A DNA stretch of 49,746 bases from Burkholderiales bacterium (GTDB lineage: Bacteria; Pseudomonadota; Gammaproteobacteria; Burkholderiales; SG8-39), in assembly GCA_049582365.1 (NCBI GenBank), contig JBAUTW010000393.1, forward strand, positions 1-49,746. The letters are read 5' to 3'. The notes below the pieces were generated by a model. That model searched no databases. It worked only from the letters and a program-made list of their open reading frames with translations, and had not been told where the DNA came from. Both the position numbers and the translations under genes were made by a program. Shown piece by piece: positions 41,191-48,451 of this stretch. How positions within the stretch are numbered: the stretch's first letter is position 1; the number at the start of each line of letters is the position of its first letter.

Positions 41191-41640
41191 GTGACGACGC
41201 TCGAAACCGAGTTCAAGTCGATCGAAGGCAAGTTCGCCTGCGAAGTCCACTGGGGCGACTGCGACCCCGCAGGCATCATCTTCTATCCAACCTATTTCCG
41301 CTGGTTCGACGCCGCGACGTGGAATTTCTTCGCGCAGGTGGGCTACGACGTAAAGCGCATGCGGGCTGAGGATCTGGCGATGCCGCTGGTTGCGGCGAAT
41401 TGCGAATTCCGTGCCTCGCCGGTTCACGGTGACCGCTGCGAAGTGTTGTCGCGTGTGCTGCGCTGGGGAGGCAAGTCATTCGTGCTATTGCATCGCGTGA
41501 TGCGCGACGACGGCACTCTGCTCGCCGAGGGATCCGAAACCCGGGTCTGGACGCGTCGGGTCGGCGGTCCAGGGGGAAAGATGAAGGGTCAGCTGATCAA
41601 CGAGGAGCTGAAAATGCTGTTTCGCGCCCAACAACCCTAG
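41191..41640 (+). CDS. Hotdog-fold acyl-CoA thioesterase (4HBT/YbgC-like)
   Basis: 149 aa with a GTG start, containing VHWGDCDPAGIIFYPTYFRWF. Confidence 0.78.
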   Translation: MTTLETEFKSIEGKFACEVHWGDCDPAGIIFYPTYFRWFDAATWNFFAQVGYDVKRMRAEDLAMPLVAANCEFRASPVHGDRCEVLSRVLRWGGKSFVLLHRVMRDDGTLLAEGSETRVWTRRVGGPGGKMKGQLINEELKMLFRAQQP

Positions 41641-41649
41641 AGATCGGTC

Positions 41650-42462
41650 GTGAGCGATCGCAAACTGCTCGATGCTGGTCCGGCGCATGCGGCGATTCAG
41701 AGCGCATGCGTCGAAGCGCTGGTCAGCGCGAATCTGCTCGCAATCGGTGTGGTGCGAAACGGCAAATTGTTGCACGCGAGCCCGGCACTGAGCCGTATGT
41801 TTGGGTTGGCACCGGACGAGACGCCGACCTCCTTCTCGGCCCTGATAGACGACCGAGACCGCGAGCTGGTCGAAAAGGCGTTTGCATCCCCGGGCGAGGT
41901 CGCGTTAGGACTGCGGGCATTGCACGGCGACGGTAGCCGCTTCGATGTCGAGCTGTCGGCCACGCGCGCGACGCTGCCGGACGGGCCCGCAATCGTCGTC
42001 GCGCTGTTCGAGATCACCGGGCACGGGCAGGGGCGCGCAGCACCGCCGCCGCCGGCGGGTACGCCCCCTGTGCGTGTGCAGTGGGGCCCGCGCTACGAAG
42101 TTGGGGTCGAAGTGATCGACGGGCAGCACCGGCACCTGCTTGAACTTATCGACCGCCTGCAGGACGCTCTGAGCGCTGGCAGCGAGCTCGAGCAGCTGAT
42201 CGAATCGCTCAGGCAACTGGTGCGCTACACGGAGCACCACTTCGCCACCGAAGAGCGCTTGATGGACGAGGCGGGCGCAACCGCGGAGCGTCACCGCGGC
42301 GAGCATCAGCGCCTACTTGAAGCGTTGATGCGCTTCACCGTTAAACTGGACACCACTAGTGTTAGTGAGAGCTCACATTTCCTGCAGGACTGGCTTTTCC
42401 GGCACATTGACGACATCGACCGCCCGTTCGGCGCACTGTTGCGCAGTCGAGGACACCACTAG
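41650..42462 (+). CDS. PAS domain - hemerythrin-like metal-binding domain protein
   Basis: 270 aa with a GTG start. N-terminal PAS-like region. C-terminal bacteriohemerythrin ligand pattern: IDGQHRHL, HHFATEE, HRGEHQ, FRHIDDID. Confidence 0.8.
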   Translation: MSDRKLLDAGPAHAAIQSACVEALVSANLLAIGVVRNGKLLHASPALSRMFGLAPDETPTSFSALIDDRDRELVEKAFASPGEVALGLRALHGDGSRFDVELSATRATLPDGPAIVVALFEITGHGQGRAAPPPPAGTPPVRVQWGPRYEVGVEVIDGQHRHLLELIDRLQDALSAGSELEQLIESLRQLVRYTEHHFATEERLMDEAGATAERHRGEHQRLLEALMRFTVKLDTTSVSESSHFLQDWLFRHIDDIDRPFGALLRSRGHH

Positions 42463-42505
42463 AGCGCAAAGATTGGGGGCGTCGCGCGCTTGACGACGAA
42501 TACTG

Positions 42506-42523
42506 AATGAATGATCATTCATT
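42506..42523. promoter_or_regulatory. Perfect 18-bp palindrome, candidate TetR-family operator
   Basis: AATGAATGATCATTCATT is self-complementary over all 18 bp. It ends 22 bp upstream of the SDR ATG and starts 10 bp after a TTGACG hexamer (42490-42495). Confidence 0.55.
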
Positions 42524-42545
42524 TAAGCTTCTCGAAGGAAATTCT

Positions 42546-43292
42546 ATGCGAGTCGATGGAAAGACGGCGGTTATCACCGGGGCGGCATCCGGCATCGGCC
42601 GAGCCACGGCCGAGGCGCTCGCCGCTGCCGGCGCATACGTGGTGTTGGGCGATATTGCCGAGGACAAGGGTAGGGAGGCCGCCGAAGCCATTCGTGCCAA
42701 CGGCGCAGATGCCGACTTTGTTCGACTGGACGTGACCGACCTTGCCTCCATCGAAGCCTTCCGCGCCACGACCGCGGCGCGAGGCAGGCAGGTCGACATC
42801 GTGGTCAACGTCGCCGGCTGGGGCAGGATCGAGCCGTTCGTGAAAAATTCGCCGGAATTCTGGCGCAAGGTGATAGATCTCAACCTGCTCGGGCCAATTG
42901 CCGTGACGCGCAGCTTCCTCGACCCGATGATCGAGCGCAAGGCGGGAAAGGTGGTGACCGTCTCGAGCGATGCTGGGCGCGTCGGCAGCCTCGGTGAAAG
43001 TGTGTACGCAGGCGCCAAGGGCGGCGCGATCGCCTTTACGAAGTCCCTAGCGCGCGAAATGGCGCGCTACAACATTAACGTCAATTGCGTTTGCCCTGGC
43101 CCGACGGACACGCCGCTGCTCGCGGCCGTGCCTGAGCGGCATCGCGAGGCATTTGTGCGCGTAACCCCAATGCAGCGGCTCGCTAAGCCCTCCGAAATCG
43201 CGGATGCGGTGCTGTTCTTTGCCAGCGCGCGCGCAGATTTCGTCACCGGCCAGGTATTGTCGGTAAGCGGCGGCTTGACCATGGTCGGATAA
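42546..43292 (+). CDS. SDR family oxidoreductase, BadH-like (2-hydroxyacyl-CoA dehydrogenase type)
   Basis: The ATG at 42546 (GAAGGAAA upstream) gives MRVDGKTAVITGAASGIGRAT. Also has NVAGWG, SSDAGRVGSLGESVYAGAKGG and CPGPTDTPLL. Resemblance to BadH is from memory. Confidence 0.82.
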   Translation: MRVDGKTAVITGAASGIGRATAEALAAAGAYVVLGDIAEDKGREAAEAIRANGADADFVRLDVTDLASIEAFRATTAARGRQVDIVVNVAGWGRIEPFVKNSPEFWRKVIDLNLLGPIAVTRSFLDPMIERKAGKVVTVSSDAGRVGSLGESVYAGAKGGAIAFTKSLAREMARYNINVNCVCPGPTDTPLLAAVPERHREAFVRVTPMQRLAKPSEIADAVLFFASARADFVTGQVLSVSGGLTMVG

Positions 43293-43323
43293 AGACTCGA
43301 AGCATCAACCGTAAGAGGCCAAC

Positions 43324-44142
43324 ATGTACAAACTGAAAGCCGCGGACTGGCGACCACAGCACTTCAAGTGGCAGGTCGCGGACCGGGTGGCGACCATCAC
43401 CCTCAACCGGCCCGAGCGCAAGAATCCGCTCACGTTCGAAAGCTACGCCGAGCTAAGGGACACGTTTCAAAAACTGCAGTACGCGGACGACGTGCGCGCC
43501 GTCGTATTTACGGGGGAAGGAGGCAATTTCTGTTCCGGCGGCGATGTTCACGACATCATCGGACCACTGGTCAAAATGGACATGCCGGGTCTGATGGCTT
43601 TCACCCGAATGACGGGAAACCTGGTGAAGGAGATGCGCAACTGCCCACAGCCGATCGTCGCCGCCGTCGATGGCATCTGCGCCGGTGCAGGCGCAATCAT
43701 CACGATGGCGAGCGACTTGCGTTTTGGCACCCCGGAATGCAAAACCGCCTTTCTGTTCGTGCGCGTCGGACTCGCCGGCTGCGACATGGGCGCGTGCGCG
43801 ATTCTGCCGCGGATCATCGGCCAGGGGCGTGCCGCGGAGCTGCTCTACACCGGCCGCAGCATGAGCGCCTCCGAAGGCCTCGCATGGGGCTATTACAACG
43901 AGATCGTCCCGAGCATCAAACTGCTCGAGAAGGCGCAGGACATGGCGCGCACGCTTGCCCACGGGCCGGCGTTTGCACATTCGATGACCAAAAAGTGCCT
44001 GCATCAGGAGTGGAACTTGTCGATCGAACAGGCACTCGAGACCGAAGCAGAGGCCCAGGCTATCTGCATGCAAACCGGCGATTTCGAGCGCGCCTACAAT
44101 GCTTTCGTCAGTAAGCAGAAGCCGAAGTTCGAGGGTAACTGA
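43324..44142 (+). CDS. Enoyl-CoA hydratase/isomerase (crotonase) family protein
   Basis: 272 aa containing [13 protein letters not shown] and [12 protein letters not shown]. Confidence 0.85.
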   Translation: MYKLKAADWRPQHFKWQVADRVATITLNRPERKNPLTFESYAELRDTFQKLQYADDVRAVVFTGEGGNFCSGGDVHDIIGPLVKMDMPGLMAFTRMTGNLVKEMRNCPQPIVAAVDGICAGAGAIITMASDLRFGTPECKTAFLFVRVGLAGCDMGACAILPRIIGQGRAAELLYTGRSMSASEGLAWGYYNEIVPSIKLLEKAQDMARTLAHGPAFAHSMTKKCLHQEWNLSIEQALETEAEAQAICMQTGDFERAYNAFVSKQKPKFEGN

Positions 44143-44858
44143 TGCGCCGCGAAAACGCTGCCGGCCGGCATGCCCGCCCGGCGGGCGCGCGCGCTCCCGC
44201 AGTCGAATCCGAATCTCCGGCGCACGTCGCAAGCCTCGTCTCTGACCCGCGGCTGGTCGCGGAGCGGCGGGGCCAGCTCGTGCGCGCGGCAGTGAAGCTC
44301 TTTTCGGCGCAGGGCTACTACACCACGACCATCCAGCAGATCGCACGCGAGGCAGGCGTCAGCACCGGGTTGGTATATCAGTACTTCCGCGACAAGGACG
44401 ACGTGCTACTGCTCGCGCTGATGCTGGTGCTCGACAGCTACGAACAGGAGATCCCGCGCCAGTTGAAGGGGATCGAACATCCGATTGAGCGGCTGTGCGC
44501 CGCGATCCGGACTTATTGTGCGATCGTCGACCGCTGGCGCGACGCAACCCTGCTCACCTACCGCTCGACCAAGTCCCTGCGGCCCGACCGTCGCACCCTG
44601 ATCATGGAGGGGGAAACCCGCACCAACCGGATTCTCGAGGCCTGCATAAAAGCTTGCGTCGAGGCCGGCCATATGCGACCTGTGAACGAGCACCTGCTTG
44701 CCTACTCCCACGTAATGTTCTGCCACGCGTGGGCGCTGAAGCACTGGGCCCTCGGCGGGCGCTACTCACTTGAGCAGTACGTGCACGAAGGGCTGCGCAT
44801 TTTGGTGGAGCCGTTCCTGACCGACAAGGGACGCGACCAGGACGCGATCGGTCCCTGA
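44142..44858 (+). CDS. TetR family transcriptional regulator
   Basis: 238 aa with HTH LFSAQGYYTTTIQQIAREAGVSTGLVYQYFRDKDD. Its ATG overlaps the hydratase stop by 1 nt. Confidence 0.85.
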   Translation: MRRENAAGRHARPAGARAPAVESESPAHVASLVSDPRLVAERRGQLVRAAVKLFSAQGYYTTTIQQIAREAGVSTGLVYQYFRDKDDVLLLALMLVLDSYEQEIPRQLKGIEHPIERLCAAIRTYCAIVDRWRDATLLTYRSTKSLRPDRRTLIMEGETRTNRILEACIKACVEAGHMRPVNEHLLAYSHVMFCHAWALKHWALGGRYSLEQYVHEGLRILVEPFLTDKGRDQDAIGP

Positions 44859-44865
44859 CGCAGCG

Positions 44866-45504
44866 TTACTCCGCGTCCGGCTGCCTCGATGGTTGGGCAC
44901 CCTGGAAGGCGTCGAGCTTCATGCATTCCGCGAACACCCGCAACGCCGTCGGGGCATGCGACAGGTCGCAGTTGAAACGCTGGGCATTGAAAACCTGCGG
45001 AACCAAGCAACAGTCCGCCACGCTAGGCGTGTCTCCATGGCAGAAGCGCCCAGTCTCCGGCCCGCGCACCAAGTGGGCCTCGAGCTTCGCCATGCCGTCG
45101 TGGATCCAGTGCTGGTACCACTTGTTCTTGTCCTGCTCGCTATGGCCAAGTTCGCTTACGAGGTATTGCAACGCACGCAGATTGTTCAGCGGGTGGATCT
45201 CGCACGCGACGAGCAGCGAGAGTGACCTGACTCGCGCGCGGCCCAGCAGGTCCTTTGGAAGCAGCGCCGGACTCGGGTGCTTTTCCTCCAGATACTCGAT
45301 GATGGCGAGCGACTGCGTAAGGAGGCTTCCATCGTCGACAAGTGCGGGCACCAGTGCCTGCGGATTCAGCGCGCCATATGCGGGTTGCCGATGTTCGCCC
45401 CGCGTGAGATGCACGAACTGAGCCTCATAGCTTAAGCCCTTCAGGTTCAGCGCGATTCGTACTCTGAACGCCGCCGAGCTGCGGAAATAGGTGTACAGCT
45501 TCAC
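44866..45504 (-). CDS. maiA: GST zeta-class maleylacetoacetate/maleylpyruvate isomerase
   Basis: 212 aa: MKLYTYFRSSAAFRVRIALNLKGL...LVPALVDDG..LTQSLAIIEYLEE. The GTG start overlaps the FAH stop (GTGA). Confidence 0.82.
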   Translation of the reverse strand: MKLYTYFRSSAAFRVRIALNLKGLSYEAQFVHLTRGEHRQPAYGALNPQALVPALVDDGSLLTQSLAIIEYLEEKHPSPALLPKDLLGRARVRSLSLLVACEIHPLNNLRALQYLVSELGHSEQDKNKWYQHWIHDGMAKLEAHLVRGPETGRFCHGDTPSVADCCLVPQVFNAQRFNCDLSHAPTALRVFAECMKLDAFQGAQPSRQPDAE

Positions 45505-46193
45505 AAGGCCGGAACGATCTTCACCTTCAGTTCCCCTACCCCTTCGACGCGCCCCTCGAGTTCGTCGCCAGGCTTTACTGGTCCTACGCCCGCCGGAGTA
45601 CCGGAAAAGATCAGGTCGCCGGCCTCGAGCGTGTAGTACTCCGACAGGTAGGCGATCTGCTCCGGAACCGACCAGATCATGTCAGAAAGATCGGCCCTCT
45701 GGCGCTCCTTGCCGTTGACTACGAGCACGATCGCCCCCTTCGAGGGATGCCCGATCTTGGATGCCGGAGCAAGCGCACCGCAGGGCGCCCCCTCGTCAAA
45801 GTCCTTGCCGAAATCCCACGGCCGGCCGTGGTCCTTGCCCCATTGCTGCAGATCGCGGCGCGTCATGTCCAGCCCGACGCCGTAGCCGAAGACGTGCTCG
45901 TTCGCCTTGCTGGCATCGATCCGGCGCCCGCCTTTGCCGATCGCGACCACCATTTCGGTCTCGTAGTGGAAGTTGGCCGTCTTGAGCGGGTAGTGCACGT
46001 CGCCGCCAAGCGGAACCAGCGAATGCGCCGATTTGATGAAGAAGAACGGTGCCTCACGGCCGTCGCCACCCATCTCCTTCTGATGCTCGACGTAATTGCG
46101 GCCGACGCAGAAGATGCGCCGCACCGGAAAGCTGTCCGCCGAGCCGGTTACGGGAAGCGCGGGGGGGGTCCAAATCGGGATTGCGTAGGCCAT
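45501..46193 (-). CDS. Fumarylacetoacetate hydrolase family protein (fumarylpyruvate hydrolase-like)
   Basis: 230 aa containing FPVRRIFCVGRNYVEHQKEMG...PFFFIKS...YETEMVVAIGK. Confidence 0.82.
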   Translation of the reverse strand: MAYAIPIWTPPALPVTGSADSFPVRRIFCVGRNYVEHQKEMGGDGREAPFFFIKSAHSLVPLGGDVHYPLKTANFHYETEMVVAIGKGGRRIDASKANEHVFGYGVGLDMTRRDLQQWGKDHGRPWDFGKDFDEGAPCGALAPASKIGHPSKGAIVLVVNGKERQRADLSDMIWSVPEQIAYLSEYYTLEAGDLIFSGTPAGVGPVKPGDELEGRVEGVGELKVKIVPAL

Positions 46194-46238
46194 GCTGTCC
46201 TCTAGGTAGCAAGAAGCGTTCAGGAGAAGGGTCGAATT

Positions 46239-47774
46239 CTATTCCTTGACGCCGAATTCGCGCTGAAGGATTTCGCGCAGCTTGAAGCGCTGGACCTTGC
46301 CGGTGGCGGTGCGTGGCAGGGTCTCCACCGTCCGGATCCACTTCGGGCGCTTGTGGCGAGGCAGCCTTGTCTCGCACGCTCTCGCCGCCGCGTCTATCGC
46401 CTCCTGAGGGTCGCCGTCGGCGGCCAGGAATAGGGCTAGCCGTTCGAAGCCGTCCGCATCCGCCAGCGGCACGCAGACCGCTTCGGTGATCGAATTTTCG
46501 CCCAGGACGGCTTCCTCGAGCTCGCTTGGCTTGACCCACTGCCCCGCCACCTTGACCAGCTCGTCGGAGCGACCCTGGTGGGCGTAGAAGCCTTCTACGT
46601 CGCGCACGAATACGTCCTTGGTACAGAACCAGCCGTCGAGGAACTGTTCGCGTGTCTGCTCCTTGCGATTTGCGTATCCGAGCGCGAGCGCGGGGTGGCG
46701 CAGCCACAGCACGCCTGGTTCGCCGATCTCCGCCGTGTGGCCCTCCAGCGCCACGAGCTTCGTCTCGACGCCGGCTAGCGGCTTGCCGGTATGCCTCCCG
46801 GACGAGGTGCCGACGGGCGTGACGATGGCAACGCAAAACGTCTCGGACATACCGTAGACCGAGAGAATCTCGCGCCCCACGACGTTCCGCCATTGCGCAA
46901 CCATGGACTCGGGGAGGCGTTCACCAGCGGCGAAGAAGTGCCGAACGGGGCGGAACGGGACGAGCGCCTCAGCGCCGAGCGCAAGCAGGCGGCGATAGAA
47001 CGACGGCACGCTGAAGAACCCGGTCGGCTGGTGCTCGGCGACAAGCGCACACACGCGCCCGACGTCGGACCAGTCCGGACACAGGATGGAGGCGGCGCCG
47101 ATCGACAGCGGCCCGAGCAGGCCGTTCTCCAGCCCGTAGGCAAAGAAGAATCTCGACGTTGCAAGCACCTTGTCACCCGGCTGCAATGCGATGGTTTCGC
47201 GCAGTGTCTGGCCGGCGGGCAGGACATCTTTATGCGTGTGTATGATTCCCTTCGGCCGGCCCGTGGTGCCCGACGAGTAGAGCCAGAATGCTGCGTCTTC
47301 GGGGTTGGCCGCGAAAGGTGGTGAGTCTGGCGCGGCGCTCTGCAAAGCCTCGCTCCAATCCGGAACGCCGGTCGGCGCGCGGCCGGCAATCGCTATGCGC
47401 CGCTCGCGCGTCATGGCGTGAACGAATCCGCTTAACCCTGCCGCGAACACATCCTCGACGATTGCGAGTCGTGCGCCACTGTCGGAGCGCACAAAGCGGT
47501 AGTCGTCCTCGGTAAGCTGGCTATTTAGGGCGACCGCGACGGCGCCGCACCACAGGCAGCCGAGCCACGCGGCGGCAAGGTCCGGGGAGTCGCGCATCAG
47601 CAGCATCACTCGGTCGCCAGGCTCGACCCCGAGCGCCGTGAGCGCGCCGGCCGCGCGCCTGACCCGCACTGCGAGATCCGCGTAGGTTATCTTATCGGCA
47701 CCGGAAATAAGTGCCACGCGCTGGCCATGACGTGCAAGCGCTTCGACTCCGAGAAGGAATTCGGCCCCGTTCAT
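46239..47774 (-). CDS. AMP-dependent aryl/acyl-CoA ligase (benzoate-CoA ligase family-like)
   Basis: 511 aa with AMP-binding motif YSSGTTGRPKGIIHTHKD and the C-terminal TATGKVQRFKLR. Confidence 0.85.
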   Translation of the reverse strand: MNGAEFLLGVEALARHGQRVALISGADKITYADLAVRVRRAAGALTALGVEPGDRVMLLMRDSPDLAAAWLGCLWCGAVAVALNSQLTEDDYRFVRSDSGARLAIVEDVFAAGLSGFVHAMTRERRIAIAGRAPTGVPDWSEALQSAAPDSPPFAANPEDAAFWLYSSGTTGRPKGIIHTHKDVLPAGQTLRETIALQPGDKVLATSRFFFAYGLENGLLGPLSIGAASILCPDWSDVGRVCALVAEHQPTGFFSVPSFYRRLLALGAEALVPFRPVRHFFAAGERLPESMVAQWRNVVGREILSVYGMSETFCVAIVTPVGTSSGRHTGKPLAGVETKLVALEGHTAEIGEPGVLWLRHPALALGYANRKEQTREQFLDGWFCTKDVFVRDVEGFYAHQGRSDELVKVAGQWVKPSELEEAVLGENSITEAVCVPLADADGFERLALFLAADGDPQEAIDAAARACETRLPRHKRPKWIRTVETLPRTATGKVQRFKLREILQREFGVKE

Positions 47775-47886
47775 GGTCGGGCAGCGTACTCCGCCGCAGC
47801 GCGAGTCGAAAAGACGCGGAGTTGTCCCATCTCAGAAAATATTGCGAACGGACCTTCCTTTCCTTACGATGCTATTCTGCCTCCGT

Positions 47887-47915
47887 TTTGACGTCAAATT
47901 GTTTGGAACGTCAAC
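47887..47915. promoter_or_regulatory. Candidate MarR operator (palindrome plus repeated half-site)
   Basis: TTTGACGTCAAA is a perfect 12-bp palindrome (47887-47898), followed by AACGTCAAC (47907-47915). The region ends 18 bp upstream of the marR ATG, in the divergent ligase/marR spacer. Confidence 0.5.
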
Positions 47916-47933
47916 TAATTGGGCCGATCGCCA

Positions 47934-48368
47934 ATGGACCGAGCTGAACCGAAGGCGTTGAGCCCGGGCGTGCTGCCGCGCTTGATCGGGTATCGGCTGC
48001 GCTTGGCGCAGCAGGCTGTGTTCAAGGATTTTGCCGAGAACGTGCAGGGACTTTCGCCTGGTCGCCTCGGCATCCTGGTGCTGATCGACGCCAACCCCGG
48101 CCTGACGCAGAGTCGGCTCGCAGAGGCGGTTCGCCGCGATCGCTCGACGATGGTCGCGGTGTTGGACGAGCTGGAAGCTCGGGGTCTAATCGCGCGCCGC
48201 CGGGGTGAGGACCGGCGCACCAACGGATTGTGGCTCACACGCGCCGGGCGCACCTTCCTTGCCGGCGCAATGCGGCGCATTCAGGCACACGAACGGCGAT
48301 TCGCTAACCGCCTTACGACCGAGGAGCGGCGGCAGCTCTTTGCTCTGCTCGAGAAGCTGGAGTCATAA
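47934..48368 (+). CDS. MarR family transcriptional regulator
   Basis: The ATG at 47934 gives MDRAEPKALSPGVLPRLIGYRLRLAQQ. Winged HTH LTQSRLAEAVRRDRSTMVAVLDELEARGLIARR. Confidence 0.85.
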   Translation: MDRAEPKALSPGVLPRLIGYRLRLAQQAVFKDFAENVQGLSPGRLGILVLIDANPGLTQSRLAEAVRRDRSTMVAVLDELEARGLIARRRGEDRRTNGLWLTRAGRTFLAGAMRRIQAHERRFANRLTTEERRQLFALLEKLES

Positions 48369-48392
48369 AAAAACGGGCCCGATCGGGCCCGT
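48366..48392 (-). terminator. Intrinsic terminator (amt direction)
   Basis: Perfect 20-bp palindrome ACGGGCCCGATCGGGCCCGT (48373-48392), followed on the minus strand by a run of seven T. Confidence 0.75.
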
Positions 48393-48407
48393 GATATCTG
48401 CAGCTAA

Positions 48408-48445
48408 CCCGCTGCGCTGCCGGTTGGGAGCAGCGGCGCAGCGGG
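48408..48445. other. GC-rich stem-loop between marR and amt
   Basis: CCCGCTGCGC (48408-48417) pairs perfectly with GCGCAGCGGG (48436-48445). There is no flanking T-run on either strand. Confidence 0.5.
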
Positions 48446-48451
48446 TGTCGA

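Noticed and set aside
40584-41279. 231-aa minus-strand ORF covering the metH leader, the rhodanese gene and the thioesterase start
   Set aside because: It runs antisense to the rhodanese gene (which has an intact CRSGNRS active site) and through a non-coding leader. It has no Shine-Dalgarno sequence and no motifs.
43453-44346. 297-aa minus-strand ORF opposite the enoyl-CoA hydratase and TetR genes
   Set aside because: It is antisense to two genes with clear family motifs. The product is Arg/Ala-rich with no domain signature.
46054-46893. 279-aa minus-strand Arg/Gly/Pro-rich ORF spanning the ligase/FAH junction
   Set aside because: It is out of frame with the well-supported ligase and FAH genes on the same strand and crosses their intergenic gap. 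The composition, dominated by R, G and P, is characteristic of wrong-frame translation.
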